From the NCBI GenBank assembly GCA_963705375.1, contig OY970071.1, forward strand, positions 1,140,001 to 1,172,000: a DNA stretch of 32,000 nt, in the 5' to 3' direction. Both the position numbers and the translations under genes were made by a program. Position 1 is the first letter of the stretch; every line of letters begins with the position of its first letter. Origin of the DNA: Candidatus Saccharimonadota bacterium. GTDB lineage: Archaea; Micrarchaeota; Micrarchaeia; Micrarchaeales; Micrarchaeaceae. Of this stretch, positions 7,628 through 15,371 are shown piece by piece. The notes under the pieces are model-generated. The model was not told the DNA's origin. It did not search any database and saw only the letters and a list, made by a program, of their open reading frames with translations.

Positions 7628-9866
7628 TTTTTTGTTTCGGCTTTGCGCGCTTTTTCGCTGACGCCTGCTTGCGCGGCTTCTTCTTCGTTGCTTCGCCTTT
7701 GGCTTTCGGTGCGGCCTTCTCCCCGGTTCCGGCTGTGGCGCCTTTAGGCCTCTCTTTCTTTGGAGCTATATCTTTTGGTGCTTTTGAGGCTTTTTCAACA
7801 GCGGGTTTGGCCGCTGCGGCCTCCTTGCCGTCAGCTTCTGTGTTGCTCTTCCATCCTTTCTTTGTTATGCACTTCGAGTCGAGGCACATCTCGAAAACGC
7901 CCTTCGACCGTCTTATGACTTTCACTATTGGGGTATGGCAGTGCTCGCATATCTTTCCTGTTGGGTCTATCTTCGCATTCTGTGGCAGCGAGTAGGTGAC
8001 TGTGCATTTCGGATAGTTTGCGCACGCCGCAAACATCTTGCCGATCCTTGACCTCTTGATCACCAGGTTCCCTCCGTCAACAGGGCACTTTCCAAGAATG
8101 ACCTCGTTCTCCTGCAGCACTTTGCTCATCGCTGCTGCTATCTCTGTCTTGTTCTTGTCAAACACCTGCAGGGCGCTCAGCAGCATCTGCTTGCCCTCCT
8201 CTATCACTTCCTTGGAGTTCTTCTCCCCCTTCTCTATCTTCTCCATGTCTTCCTCAAGCGTTTTCGTGGTATTCTCATCAACTATCATTGGCGAGTATTC
8301 CTTCAGCGCGTTGAACACGCTCATGCCGAAATCGGTGACGTGTATGCTGGTGCCCTCTATATAGCCGCGCTTGAACAGGGTGTCTATTATCTGCGCGCGC
8401 GTCGCCTTTGTTCCCAGCTGCCTCTTCTCGAGCTCGGCAATGAGCATCGCCTTGCCGTAGCGTTTCGGCGCCTGCGTCATCAGTTCATTGAGGTATGCTT
8501 TTGCAACTTCAACGATCGAACCTTTCTCAAATACGGGCAGCACTTTCTCATCAAGCCTTGCATAGCTGTAGAAGTCCAGCCAGCCCCTTTCGAGCACCGT
8601 CACTCCGTTAGCGGCATAGCGTTCGCTGCCCGCTGCGACGACCGCCTTTGTCTTCAGCAGCTTCGCATGCGCGGCAAAGCACGCAAGGAATCTTTTCGCT
8701 ATGAGGTCGTAGAGCTTTGCCTCTTTTACTGAGAGGGCTTTGGGCATAACGCCCGTAGGATAGATTGCAGGGTGCGCCTCGTCATTCTTGAAGCCTTCGT
8801 TTGGCCTGAAGCGTTTCTCCTCTATCAGTCTTTTTGCCAGCGCCGCGTAATCAGGGTTCTTTGCAAGTTCTCCTATTATCTTCGGAAGGCCCAGAGTCGC
8901 CGGCAACTTCTGTGACGATGTTCTAGGGTATGAGGTGTATGTCTTCTCGTAGAGCGTCTGCGCGATGGCCAGCGTCTCCGTCGGGTCTATCCTGAGCGTT
9001 CGGCTCGCTTCGAGCTGCAGGCCTGTCAGGTCGAACGGCGGGTAAGGCCTGAGCAACTGCTCGTTCGATTCTACAGACTCTACCGATGCATCTTTGGCAT
9101 GCTGCTGCGTTGTTTCCAGCGCGCTGTCTGCCGTTTCCTTTTCGAATATGTCTCCGCGTGTGTTTGCAAACTCGACTCCTGTGATTGATGCGGATACGCG
9201 CCAGAACGGTCTCGGCACGAATTTGGCTATCTCCATCTCCTTCTGGGCAAGCATTGCGAGTGACGGGCCCTGCACGCGGCCTATGCTGAGCGTGCGCTTG
9301 AACCTGCTTCCTTCCAACGTGCTGGTGAGTGCCCTGCTAAGGTTTATGCCCCACAGCCAGTCTAGAGTGTGGCGTGCCTCTCCAGCATAGAAATTGTTCA
9401 TGTCCATGGGCATTATGTTTTCGTAAGCGTTGATGAGGTCCGGTATGGTCGTCGTCGAGAACTTCATGCGCTTCGCATTTCCCATGCCGGAGCAGAGGAA
9501 CCTTATTATGTTGACGCCTATGACTGTGCCTTCCGTGTCATAGTCGCATGCATTGATGAACGTGCTGGCTTTCGACGCGAGCTCCCTGAACACATCGGCA
9601 TATTTTTTTGTATAGTATGCTTCTTTGTTCACTTCATAGGATGCTGCCCAGGTCACGTCAAGCACAGGGTAGCCATGCTGTGCTCCGACCTGCCTTATCG
9701 TGAACAGGTGGCCCACGGCCGCAGCTATGTAGATTTTGTCCTTGTCGCCATCGATCTCATAATAGCTTACGCCGTTCAGTATCTGCCGTTTTTGGCGGTT
9801 GTTGCCAAGGGCTATTGCCAATCGTAAAGCGACGCTTGGTTTTTCCGCAATGATTAGAATGGCCAT
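7596..9866 (-). CDS. topA: type IA DNA topoisomerase (TopA / topo III-like) with zinc-ribbon domains and a Lys/Ala/Pro-rich tail
   Basis: Evidence includes a Toprim N-terminus (MAILIIAEKPSVA, DYDTEG) and an active-site segment TSYPRTSSQ. There are two Cys4-type ribbons (CPVDGG...CANYPKC; CEHCHT...CLDSKC). The C-terminal roughly 80 aa is K/A/P-rich. Confidence 0.95.
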   Translation of the reverse strand: MAILIIAEKPSVALRLAIALGNNRQKRQILNGVSYYEIDGDKDKIYIAAAVGHLFTIRQVGAQHGYPVLDVTWAASYEVNKEAYYTKKYADVFRELASKASTFINACDYDTEGTVIGVNIIRFLCSGMGNAKRMKFSTTTIPDLINAYENIMPMDMNNFYAGEARHTLDWLWGINLSRALTSTLEGSRFKRTLSIGRVQGPSLAMLAQKEMEIAKFVPRPFWRVSASITGVEFANTRGDIFEKETADSALETTQQHAKDASVESVESNEQLLRPYPPFDLTGLQLEASRTLRIDPTETLAIAQTLYEKTYTSYPRTSSQKLPATLGLPKIIGELAKNPDYAALAKRLIEEKRFRPNEGFKNDEAHPAIYPTGVMPKALSVKEAKLYDLIAKRFLACFAAHAKLLKTKAVVAAGSERYAANGVTVLERGWLDFYSYARLDEKVLPVFEKGSIVEVAKAYLNELMTQAPKRYGKAMLIAELEKRQLGTKATRAQIIDTLFKRGYIEGTSIHVTDFGMSVFNALKEYSPMIVDENTTKTLEEDMEKIEKGEKNSKEVIEEGKQMLLSALQVFDKNKTEIAAAMSKVLQENEVILGKCPVDGGNLVIKRSRIGKMFAACANYPKCTVTYSLPQNAKIDPTGKICEHCHTPIVKVIRRSKGVFEMCLDSKCITKKGWKSNTEADGKEAAAAKPAVEKASKAPKDIAPKKERPKGATAGTGEKAAPKAKGEATKKKPRKQASAKKRAKPKQKSEHNVHTRTV

Positions 9867-9887
9867 GTGATACGCCGTACGCGGCGC

Positions 9888-10121
9888 TCACGCGCCCCGT
9901 CTCCTTTTTGTGGCACTTGTTTTTGTTGTCTTTTTTGCGCTTGCAGACACTGCCGTACCTGTCTTTGAAATCAGCCATGCATTTATGAAGCCTACCGCCA
10001 TTGCGATTATGACTGTGATGTAGAACGCGATGTTTGCGCCACGGTATATAAATATGCCTATCGCTAATATCGCAAGCACAATCGTGAGCACTGAGAGCAC
10101 AAGCTCATTTGTGTGTTGCAT
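9888..10121 (-). CDS. small 2-TM membrane protein with a basic C-terminus (77 aa)
   Basis: There are two clear hydrophobic helices and then a KKTTKTSATKRRRGA tail. The gene lies 21 nt upstream of topA on the same strand. Confidence 0.5.
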   Translation of the reverse strand: MQHTNELVLSVLTIVLAILAIGIFIYRGANIAFYITVIIAMAVGFINAWLISKTGTAVSASAKKTTKTSATKRRRGA

Positions 10122-10136
10122 ATAATCGGTGTTGTG

Positions 10137-10493
10137 ATGCGTATTGCTTTGGTTATGTTTATAACACTTATCGCTGCGCTGATCACGTCTTTCTCTCAGC
10201 TCCTGTTCAAGAAAGGCATCAAAAGGCGCATCAACTCTTTGAAAGAGATGCTCGGCCTTGCCAGGAATCCGCTTGTTGTTCTTGGAGTTATGGGTTACTT
10301 CACCGGCCTCGCAGTGTATCTTCTTGCCCTTTCGAACGCGCCGCTCTCTTTGGTTTATCCTGTGTTCGCGAGCACATTCATCTTTATTGCTGTGATATCT
10401 TTTGCATTGCTAAAGGAAAAGTTCAGCGTGCTAAGGACTGCGGGTGTGGCTGTGATATTCCTTGGCATATTCCTTGTGTCTTTGACAATATAG
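10137..10493 (+). CDS. half-size EamA/DMT-family 4-TM membrane protein
   Basis: MRIALVMFITLIAALITSFSQLLFKKG...VYPVFASTFIFIAVISFALLKEKF...GVAVIFLGIFLV is a single EamA-like repeat. The ORF track starts at GTG 10113; ATG 10137 fits the first TM better. Confidence 0.7.
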   Translation: MRIALVMFITLIAALITSFSQLLFKKGIKRRINSLKEMLGLARNPLVVLGVMGYFTGLAVYLLALSNAPLSLVYPVFASTFIFIAVISFALLKEKFSVLRTAGVAVIFLGIFLVSLTI

Positions 10494-10587
10494 TGGTTGC
10501 CTGACCGAAAAATCGACAAACATATCGCTGCTCGCATTTTCCACACTGCTAGGTGCTATAGGTCAGTTCTTCTTCAAGTATGCGTTC

Positions 10588-10830
10588 ATGCACAGCAGCG
10601 TTTTCATGGTGCTGCTTGCGGTCGGTATTGTCTCGTACCTGTTCTCCACGGTCATCTATTTCTATGTGCTCAGCAGAGTCCATCTGAGCTTCGCGTACAG
10701 CATGGGCGGACTGAGCTACATATTTGCGGTAATCCTGGCTGCGCTTTTCCTGAACGAGTCCGTGCCATTTCTCAGGTGGGTTGGCGTCCTTACAATAGCT
10801 TTTGGAGTTGTGCTGATAGGGCTTAGCTGA
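10588..10830 (+). CDS. second half-size EamA/SMR-like membrane protein (partner subunit), start unresolved
   Basis: YSMGGLSYIFAVILAALFLNESV...WVGVLTIAFGVVLIGL is EamA-like. An additional in-frame hydrophobic segment (NISLLAFSTLLGAIGQFFFKYAF) extends upstream to about 10501. It contains no ATG, GTG or TTG codon. Confidence 0.6.
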   Translation: MHSSVFMVLLAVGIVSYLFSTVIYFYVLSRVHLSFAYSMGGLSYIFAVILAALFLNESVPFLRWVGVLTIAFGVVLIGLS

Positions 10831-10848
10831 GCAGAACCATAGGGTTCG

Positions 10849-11111
10849 AGTCTGGGACATAAGTCAACCATTATTTTGGCACTCTACCTTTTCAGGTCTT
10901 CTATATTATCTCTGCCAAAATCTTTATCGTTTTGCATCCAAATTATATTGACCAGAGCAAGGCGGATCAGTAATAATGTCCGTTCTGTCGTCAAAGAACG
11001 ATAGAAAAAGGTCGTTTAGACCGAGTGAACCCAGAAGGCATCTTAAAACAGCAAGTAGCCTTTTCTATTCTGGTTCTTATCTAGGAGTGAGAAGGACTTT
11101 TGTCCCAGAGT
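10849..11111. mobile_element. MITE-like non-coding insertion (263 bp) with terminal inverted repeats and flanking direct repeat
   Basis: The left end agtctgggacataagtc matches the reverse complement of the right end, actctgggacaaaagtc, at 15/17. An 11-bp direct repeat catagggttcg flanks it at 10838-10848 and 11112-11122. There is no ORF inside. Confidence 0.5.
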
Positions 11112-11122
11112 CATAGGGTTCG

Positions 11123-11146
11123 GAAGGCATATATATCTGGAAATAT
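11123..11146 (+). promoter_or_regulatory. TATA-box-like promoter motif (gaaggc-atatatatctggaaatat), copy 2
   Basis: The 18-mer at 11129-11146 is identical to 904-921. It lies 30 bp upstream of ATG 11176. Confidence 0.55.
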
Positions 11147-11175
11147 TCACATACCCTCAATCCTCTGCTGATGAA

Positions 11176-12132
11176 ATGGAAATTGCTGCTAAAAAGTCCA
11201 AAGGTGTGCATCCTCGTGATGTTGCTCTGCGCAAAGATTCTATCGAAACTGCAATAACCGAAGAAAAGGTCCCAGACAAAGAGGCATTCGGAAATGCACT
11301 TATTGTGCTGGTGTCACAGAGTGGGATTGAAAGAAGGCGTCTTGCCGCGCTCGTGAATATCAGCTACAGCACTATATGCAATGCCATCCATGGTAGGAAC
11401 CTTCCAAGCCAGAAGAACTTAGAGAACCTGCTGTCGCAATTGAATGCGACTGAAGCGCAGCGAAAAGAACTATTGAAACTTGCAGGTTATGATTCAAACC
11501 TTGACATAAGAAAAAAGACCTTTGGCGAAGAGGCCCAAAGACTGGCAACAAAGCACTGCCTTTCAGCTACTGACGTTGGAAAGCGCACAAACCTCGCTCT
11601 AGGCACCATATGCAACATCTTTAAGAATACTTATCCTGCGCGGCTCAGTCCGGAAAATTTAGAGAAGCTTTTTGTAGCACTCGAATCCAGCGGTACCGAC
11701 AGAGCATATCTGCTTAGACTGCTTGCGGGGGAGGTGCCTGTCGATGAAGTGTCTGAAGACAATGAACCGCCAAAGCTCATTGTGCATGTGGTACATGCAA
11801 CTGTTCCGATGAAAGGTATTCCTGAAGAGTATACTCTGGAGAAAGGCTCATTTAGAACTGTATTCCGTTTTGACGATGTCAAGCCGTACTCTCCTGCGGG
11901 CGGGCTGCCAGACCAAGTTCTCCTTATCCGGCGTTATGGTGTGATCGAGAGAGCGGACAAATTTAGGCATGACCACTTCGACGGCAAGATGGTGGATCTC
12001 ATTATATGCCCTGATTCGATAATTCACGAGCTGCAGAAGCAGATATTGCTACAGTTCGATCCTGCTCCTTTTGTGTCGGCTACTCTTGTGCGTCAGAAGG
12101 TTTTGATTTTTGATGTTGACGATGGTTGGTGA
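11176..12132 (+). CDS. double helix-turn-helix (XRE-like) DNA-binding protein with an unknown C-terminal domain
   Basis: There are two tandem segments with an XRE-type HTH pattern: FGNALIVLVSQSGIERRRLAALVNISYSTICNAIHGRNLPS and FGEEAQRLATKHCLSATDVGKRTNLALGTICNIFKN. Each is followed by an ENLExL...L helix. Confidence 0.7.
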   Translation: MEIAAKKSKGVHPRDVALRKDSIETAITEEKVPDKEAFGNALIVLVSQSGIERRRLAALVNISYSTICNAIHGRNLPSQKNLENLLSQLNATEAQRKELLKLAGYDSNLDIRKKTFGEEAQRLATKHCLSATDVGKRTNLALGTICNIFKNTYPARLSPENLEKLFVALESSGTDRAYLLRLLAGEVPVDEVSEDNEPPKLIVHVVHATVPMKGIPEEYTLEKGSFRTVFRFDDVKPYSPAGGLPDQVLLIRRYGVIERADKFRHDHFDGKMVDLIICPDSIIHELQKQILLQFDPAPFVSATLVRQKVLIFDVDDGW

Positions 12133-12360
12133 TGTGTGCCTTCAACCATCTTGGTCCATGATGTGTGCATCTTGAAGTTTGCATCTTTTAGGGTTAGAGG
12201 GCATCATCGGAAGAACATTACCTTTCTATCGACAATAGTTATATAAACTTTAATTTGAAGAAGTCCTTAGGCAAGACCAGTGTCTATCTGAGGTAGTTCA
12301 TATACTGCGGGTAGGCTATCTGTTACAAGAACGCGACGATTTGAAAATGGTGTTGATAGT

Positions 12361-12747
12361 ATGGAAGCTGTAAAGGCCGCAGGCAAGTGCAACGATGATG
12401 CTCCAGACATTCTCCGTATCGAACGATATCAATATGGTGGGCTTGAGGTCGAGCTTAACTTTGACGGAGAACCGTCTTTGATATCAAAGCAGTTCAACGC
12501 AGAAACGATGCTCAGAATAGGTCATTCGGGGTTTACCGAACTTGTCTCCACTGCTCCTGCACAAAGAGAGCAGGTCTTGGAATTCGTAGGTGCTGCTGTT
12601 AAGGAAGTTCTTGACATATTGCCCCAAGAAAGGACATGTGCGGTCGAAGCGTGGTATGTGCGTACTAAAGGCCGAATTGTCGACTTCTTGGATGTACAAC
12701 AAGACTGGTCATCCAATCGCAACAGACTGCTTCGGACACATCAATGA
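12361..12747 (+). CDS. hypothetical protein (128 aa)
   Basis: The composition is protein-like and the overlapping - strand ORFs are shorter and low quality. A ttatataaa box lies about 115 bp upstream. I recognise no family. Confidence 0.5.
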   Translation: MEAVKAAGKCNDDAPDILRIERYQYGGLEVELNFDGEPSLISKQFNAETMLRIGHSGFTELVSTAPAQREQVLEFVGAAVKEVLDILPQERTCAVEAWYVRTKGRIVDFLDVQQDWSSNRNRLLRTHQ

Positions 12748-12774
12748 ATCCTTTTTGCGTCGTCTCTTCTTTTT

Positions 12775-13170
12775 TCAGGACAAGTTCGACTTGATAAGTT
12801 CAGAAAGCTGTTCCAGTGCCTTCTTCTCGCTCATGCGCATAGGAACGCCGAATATTTTCACACTATCGATATAATCGAGCTTCTTCAAAAGCTTCAGGCT
12901 GTATCCGAGATCGAAATCATGCAACGAGTATGCTTTCTGCGTCTGTATCTTTTCTATGTCTGTTATCAGCGTTACCTTCTTGATTTGCTCAACAGCGTCT
13001 ATGATGTTAAGGTCTCGTCCCTCTTTCTCCAGGTTCTCGCTAGGGTCGAACTCCTTGAACTCGAGTTCTGGAAACCTATTCCTCAGTTTTTCGACGAGCC
13101 TCAGAGGCATGCTGTCTTTCGCAACCAATGGATTGCCGAAGACAAGCACCTTGCGTTTGGCTTTGTCCAT
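12775..13170 (-). CDS. hydrogenase maturation endopeptidase-like protein (HycI/FrhD-like)
   Basis: Length is 131 aa. KVLVFGNPLVAKDSMPLRLVEKL...IIDAV...HDFDL resembles the N-terminal GN...D / D / H pattern of Ni-Fe hydrogenase maturation proteases. There are no hydrogenase genes in the window. Confidence 0.6.
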   Translation of the reverse strand: MDKAKRKVLVFGNPLVAKDSMPLRLVEKLRNRFPELEFKEFDPSENLEKEGRDLNIIDAVEQIKKVTLITDIEKIQTQKAYSLHDFDLGYSLKLLKKLDYIDSVKIFGVPMRMSEKKALEQLSELIKSNLS

Positions 13171-13234
13171 GAATGCACGCTCAGGTCATACCTACACTTA
13201 TATTTATTAATCTGTTCGTGTGAATATAGCACGC

Positions 13235-13307
13235 GCGATTGTAGTCTAGTCTGGTAGGACGTAGCCTTGCCAAGGCTATAACCCGGGTTCAAATCCCGGC
13301 AATCGCA
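13235..13307 (+). tRNA. tRNA-Gly (anticodon GCC)
   Basis: Hand-folded cloverleaf: acceptor gcgattg/caatcgc, D stem gtct/ggac, anticodon stem tagcc/ggcta with loop ttGCCaa, T arm ccggg-ttcaaat-cccgg, discriminator A. CCA is not encoded. A TATA-like cttatatttatta lies about 25-35 bp upstream. Confidence 0.92.
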
Positions 13308-13310
13308 CAT

Positions 13311-13431
13311 GGCGGGGTAGCTCAGCCTGGTTAGAGCGCTAGACTCATATGCAAAAGCACTATGAGTGATGAGCCTTCGGCGATGATGCTAAGAAATCTA
13401 GAGGTCGCGTGTTCAAATCTCGCCCCCGTCA
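13311..13431 (+). tRNA. intron-containing tRNA with CAU anticodon (elongator Met, or Ile2 if modified); intron 13350-13395
   Basis: Fold: acceptor ggcgggg/ccccgtc (one G-U pair), D arm gctc/gagc, anticodon stem ctaga/tctag, loop ctCATa. A 46-nt insertion sits after position 37. The T arm is gcgtg-ttcaaat-ctcgc with one mismatch. G1-C72 argues against an initiator. It starts 3 nt after tRNA-Gly. Confidence 0.88.
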
Positions 13432-13563
13432 TATATTGAAGAAGTTCAAATCCCGACCCATAGGGATTTATGTAGTTTTTCGTTACGTTATCGTTACACA
13501 GCAATATTTTCAAGAATGCCAGACCCTCAAAAGAGCAGTATTTGATTATCAGGTGTTTGTGAC

Positions 13564-13929
13564 TCATCGGCCCTTGTAACCTAATATTCTATCGTACTTT
13601 TTATGATCGACTAAGTAGAGCACAATCGCAACCACCTCAATCTCATTTCCTTTCAAGGTGTATAGCATACGCCAGAAATGAGTTAACTCCAGCCTGAATA
13701 GGTTGTTCACGTCTAATATTTTAGGTATCAGGCGTTTTGGTATGTTGTCACCGAGCATAGCATTCTGTTTTAGCAGCTCTATCCTCTGTAGTATGGATCT
13801 CAATAGTTGCATTTCTTCTGAATTACTTACACCTTTGGACCGTTGAATCCCAACGATTCTGTTAAGTCCTTCGAACTCTTCTTTGGCTTGCTCTATTAGC
13901 ACCACTCTTACGGGTCTTGCATCGTTCAT
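13564..13929 (-). CDS. RelE/ParE-like toxin candidate with an N-terminal extension (121 aa)
   Basis: The C-terminal LFRLELTHFWRMLYTLKGNEIEVVAIVLYLVDHKKY resembles the RelE/ParE core pattern (..R.R.G.yRviY......i.il.i.hR..vY). It has a 4-nt ATGA overlap with the upstream small wHTH gene. Confidence 0.55.
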   Translation of the reverse strand: MNDARPVRVVLIEQAKEEFEGLNRIVGIQRSKGVSNSEEMQLLRSILQRIELLKQNAMLGDNIPKRLIPKILDVNNLFRLELTHFWRMLYTLKGNEIEVVAIVLYLVDHKKYDRILGYKGR

Positions 13930-14201
13930 ACCTCCAACCCATGTTCTATAATCTTTTCAAGTTCTTCATGAGGTTTGTATATCCAGAGCACTCCCTTAGT
14001 TGTTATGAGTATCTTGCCGCTCTGTTGTAAGTAGTCCAGTATCTGCAGCAGCGTACTGTGCATAATCTTCTTAGGTAGCCTACGCTTTAGCTCGGATATC
14101 TTTATTACCTCTCCTGCTTTCCGTAGAGTATCTTCGACCATGAGCACTGTAGCAAGCCGGGGGGAATGCATAACCTCTACTTGGACTGTTTGAAGCTTCA
14201 T
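13926..14201 (-). CDS. winged-helix DNA-binding protein, putative antitoxin/regulator (91 aa)
   Basis: ISELKRRLPKKIMHSTLLQILDYLQQSGKILITTKGVLWI has a wHTH pattern. It is translationally coupled to the RelE-like ORF, and a strong A/T-rich promoter region (atatatatactaataagatatataaatatat) lies upstream. Confidence 0.55.
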   Translation of the reverse strand: MKLQTVQVEVMHSPRLATVLMVEDTLRKAGEVIKISELKRRLPKKIMHSTLLQILDYLQQSGKILITTKGVLWIYKPHEELEKIIEHGLEV

Positions 14202-14328
14202 AATAATATATATACTAATAAGATATATAAATATATCTTTTAAGTATCAATCGCATCGCATACAACAGAGCCAGTTGATTAAGCCTTTGTATTTTTAGAA
14301 TAGTTAGCCATCTTTCCATAACAAAAAA

Positions 14329-14373
14329 GGATCGTTCAGCAACTGCAACGTAGTATACTCTGCCACCCCGTCA
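14329..14373 (+). repeat. diverged copy of the att-like repeat ending ...ctgccaccccgtca
   Basis: It shares ggatc, agtat, ctgcc and the terminal ccccgtca, in the same order, with the 58-bp repeats at 15238 and 16214. I estimate roughly 60-65 percent identity with gaps, by eye. Confidence 0.4.
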
Positions 14374-14512
14374 CACATACATCATGTTCAAATACAGAAC
14401 CATAAGCCACAGATACGAGTTACTTAGCTACCTCTTATGCTTGGTCCTCTAGATAACCTATCCGCCAGTTCGCAGAATCACTCCATGCAAACCTGGGCAG
14501 AAGACAAAGAGG

Positions 14513-15085
14513 TCATTCTTCTGTTCTTAATGCTTCAGCAATTTTAGGTGCGGCCATTTTGAAGTCAATTGGAACCCCAACCACCACAGGGGCAACATCC
14601 AGAGGTTCGTTGAACTTCGCATCGAGGTTGAAACGACCTCCAAAATGGGTATTGAGGTCCGCAAGTACCTCCAGCGACAGCGGATTATTTCCTGGAGAAG
14701 CAAAAACTGTCTTTTCAATGCCGCCATCCCCTTCTACCTGCTTGCCATTTTCGAAAGTAATATAAAGTTCTAACTCAGGATTATAAGCAAAAACTATATT
14801 TTTCTCGCCCTTGTCTTTGACGAGCTTGCCTTCATTATCAAAAATATGATATCCTTCTTCCTTAAGACCTTTTCCGGCTAGCCAGAACCATTTTTCCTTC
14901 AATTGCCCCATTAGCCCAGGGTTTCTGTCTATGAGTACAAGTGCTTCCTGATAAGTCATGGCTCTTAGGTGCTTTTGCTGCAAAAGAGCCATAGAATCTG
15001 TGTAATTTGCCTCTGTCTCGGATATGAATACTTCTGTATTGCTTACTTTCTTAAACTGCACTTCAGTCCTTTGTCTAGCAGACAT
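14513..15085 (-). CDS. hypothetical protein (190 aa)
   Basis: It is a long ORF with balanced composition, and the overlapping ORFs are short. I recognise no motif. Confidence 0.6.
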   Translation of the reverse strand: MSARQRTEVQFKKVSNTEVFISETEANYTDSMALLQQKHLRAMTYQEALVLIDRNPGLMGQLKEKWFWLAGKGLKEEGYHIFDNEGKLVKDKGEKNIVFAYNPELELYITFENGKQVEGDGGIEKTVFASPGNNPLSLEVLADLNTHFGGRFNLDAKFNEPLDVAPVVVGVPIDFKMAAPKIAEALRTEE

Positions 15086-15237
15086 TTTAACACATTGTCG
15101 TCTCTATTTATTCAAATACTTATGCTTTCTTTTTGTGTTGTTTGCGAAAGTTTGTTGGAGTGTAAGTAAACTTTCTCTCCTTTCGCCCAGCACTTTTAGA
15201 AGTTGCAAAGTTGCAAGCATGAAGAAATTACCAATCA

Positions 15238-15295
15238 ATAACGAATCAGTAGCCCTTCCGCCAACACAATTCAAGTATGACTGCCGCCCCCGTCA
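15238..15295 (+). repeat. 58-bp att-like direct repeat, copy A (ends cgcccccgtca, identical to the tRNA-Met 3' end)
   Basis: ataacgaatcagtagcccttccgccaacacaattcaagtatgactgccgcccccgtca matches copy B at 55/58. The last 11 nt are identical to tRNA-Met 13421-13431. Confidence 0.8.
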
Positions 15296-15371
15296 GACCT
15301 TCAAACAACGTTAGACAGTAGTATCTTTGCGCAATAGTTAAAAATCCCGAATATCTATTGACTATGATACT

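Noticed and set aside
7618-7995. 125-aa + strand ORF rich in A/F/G
   Set aside because: It is the antisense reading of the Lys/Ala/Pro-rich topoisomerase tail and so a compositional artefact.
10497-10826. 109-aa + strand ORF starting at TTG 10497
   Set aside because: It is an alternative frame over the EamA-like gene. Its R/H/C-rich sequence has no TM helices, whereas the 10588 frame gives a clean membrane protein.
13331-13567. 78-aa - strand ORF
   Set aside because: It overlaps the intron-containing tRNA-Met on the opposite strand. The tRNA fold is much better supported.
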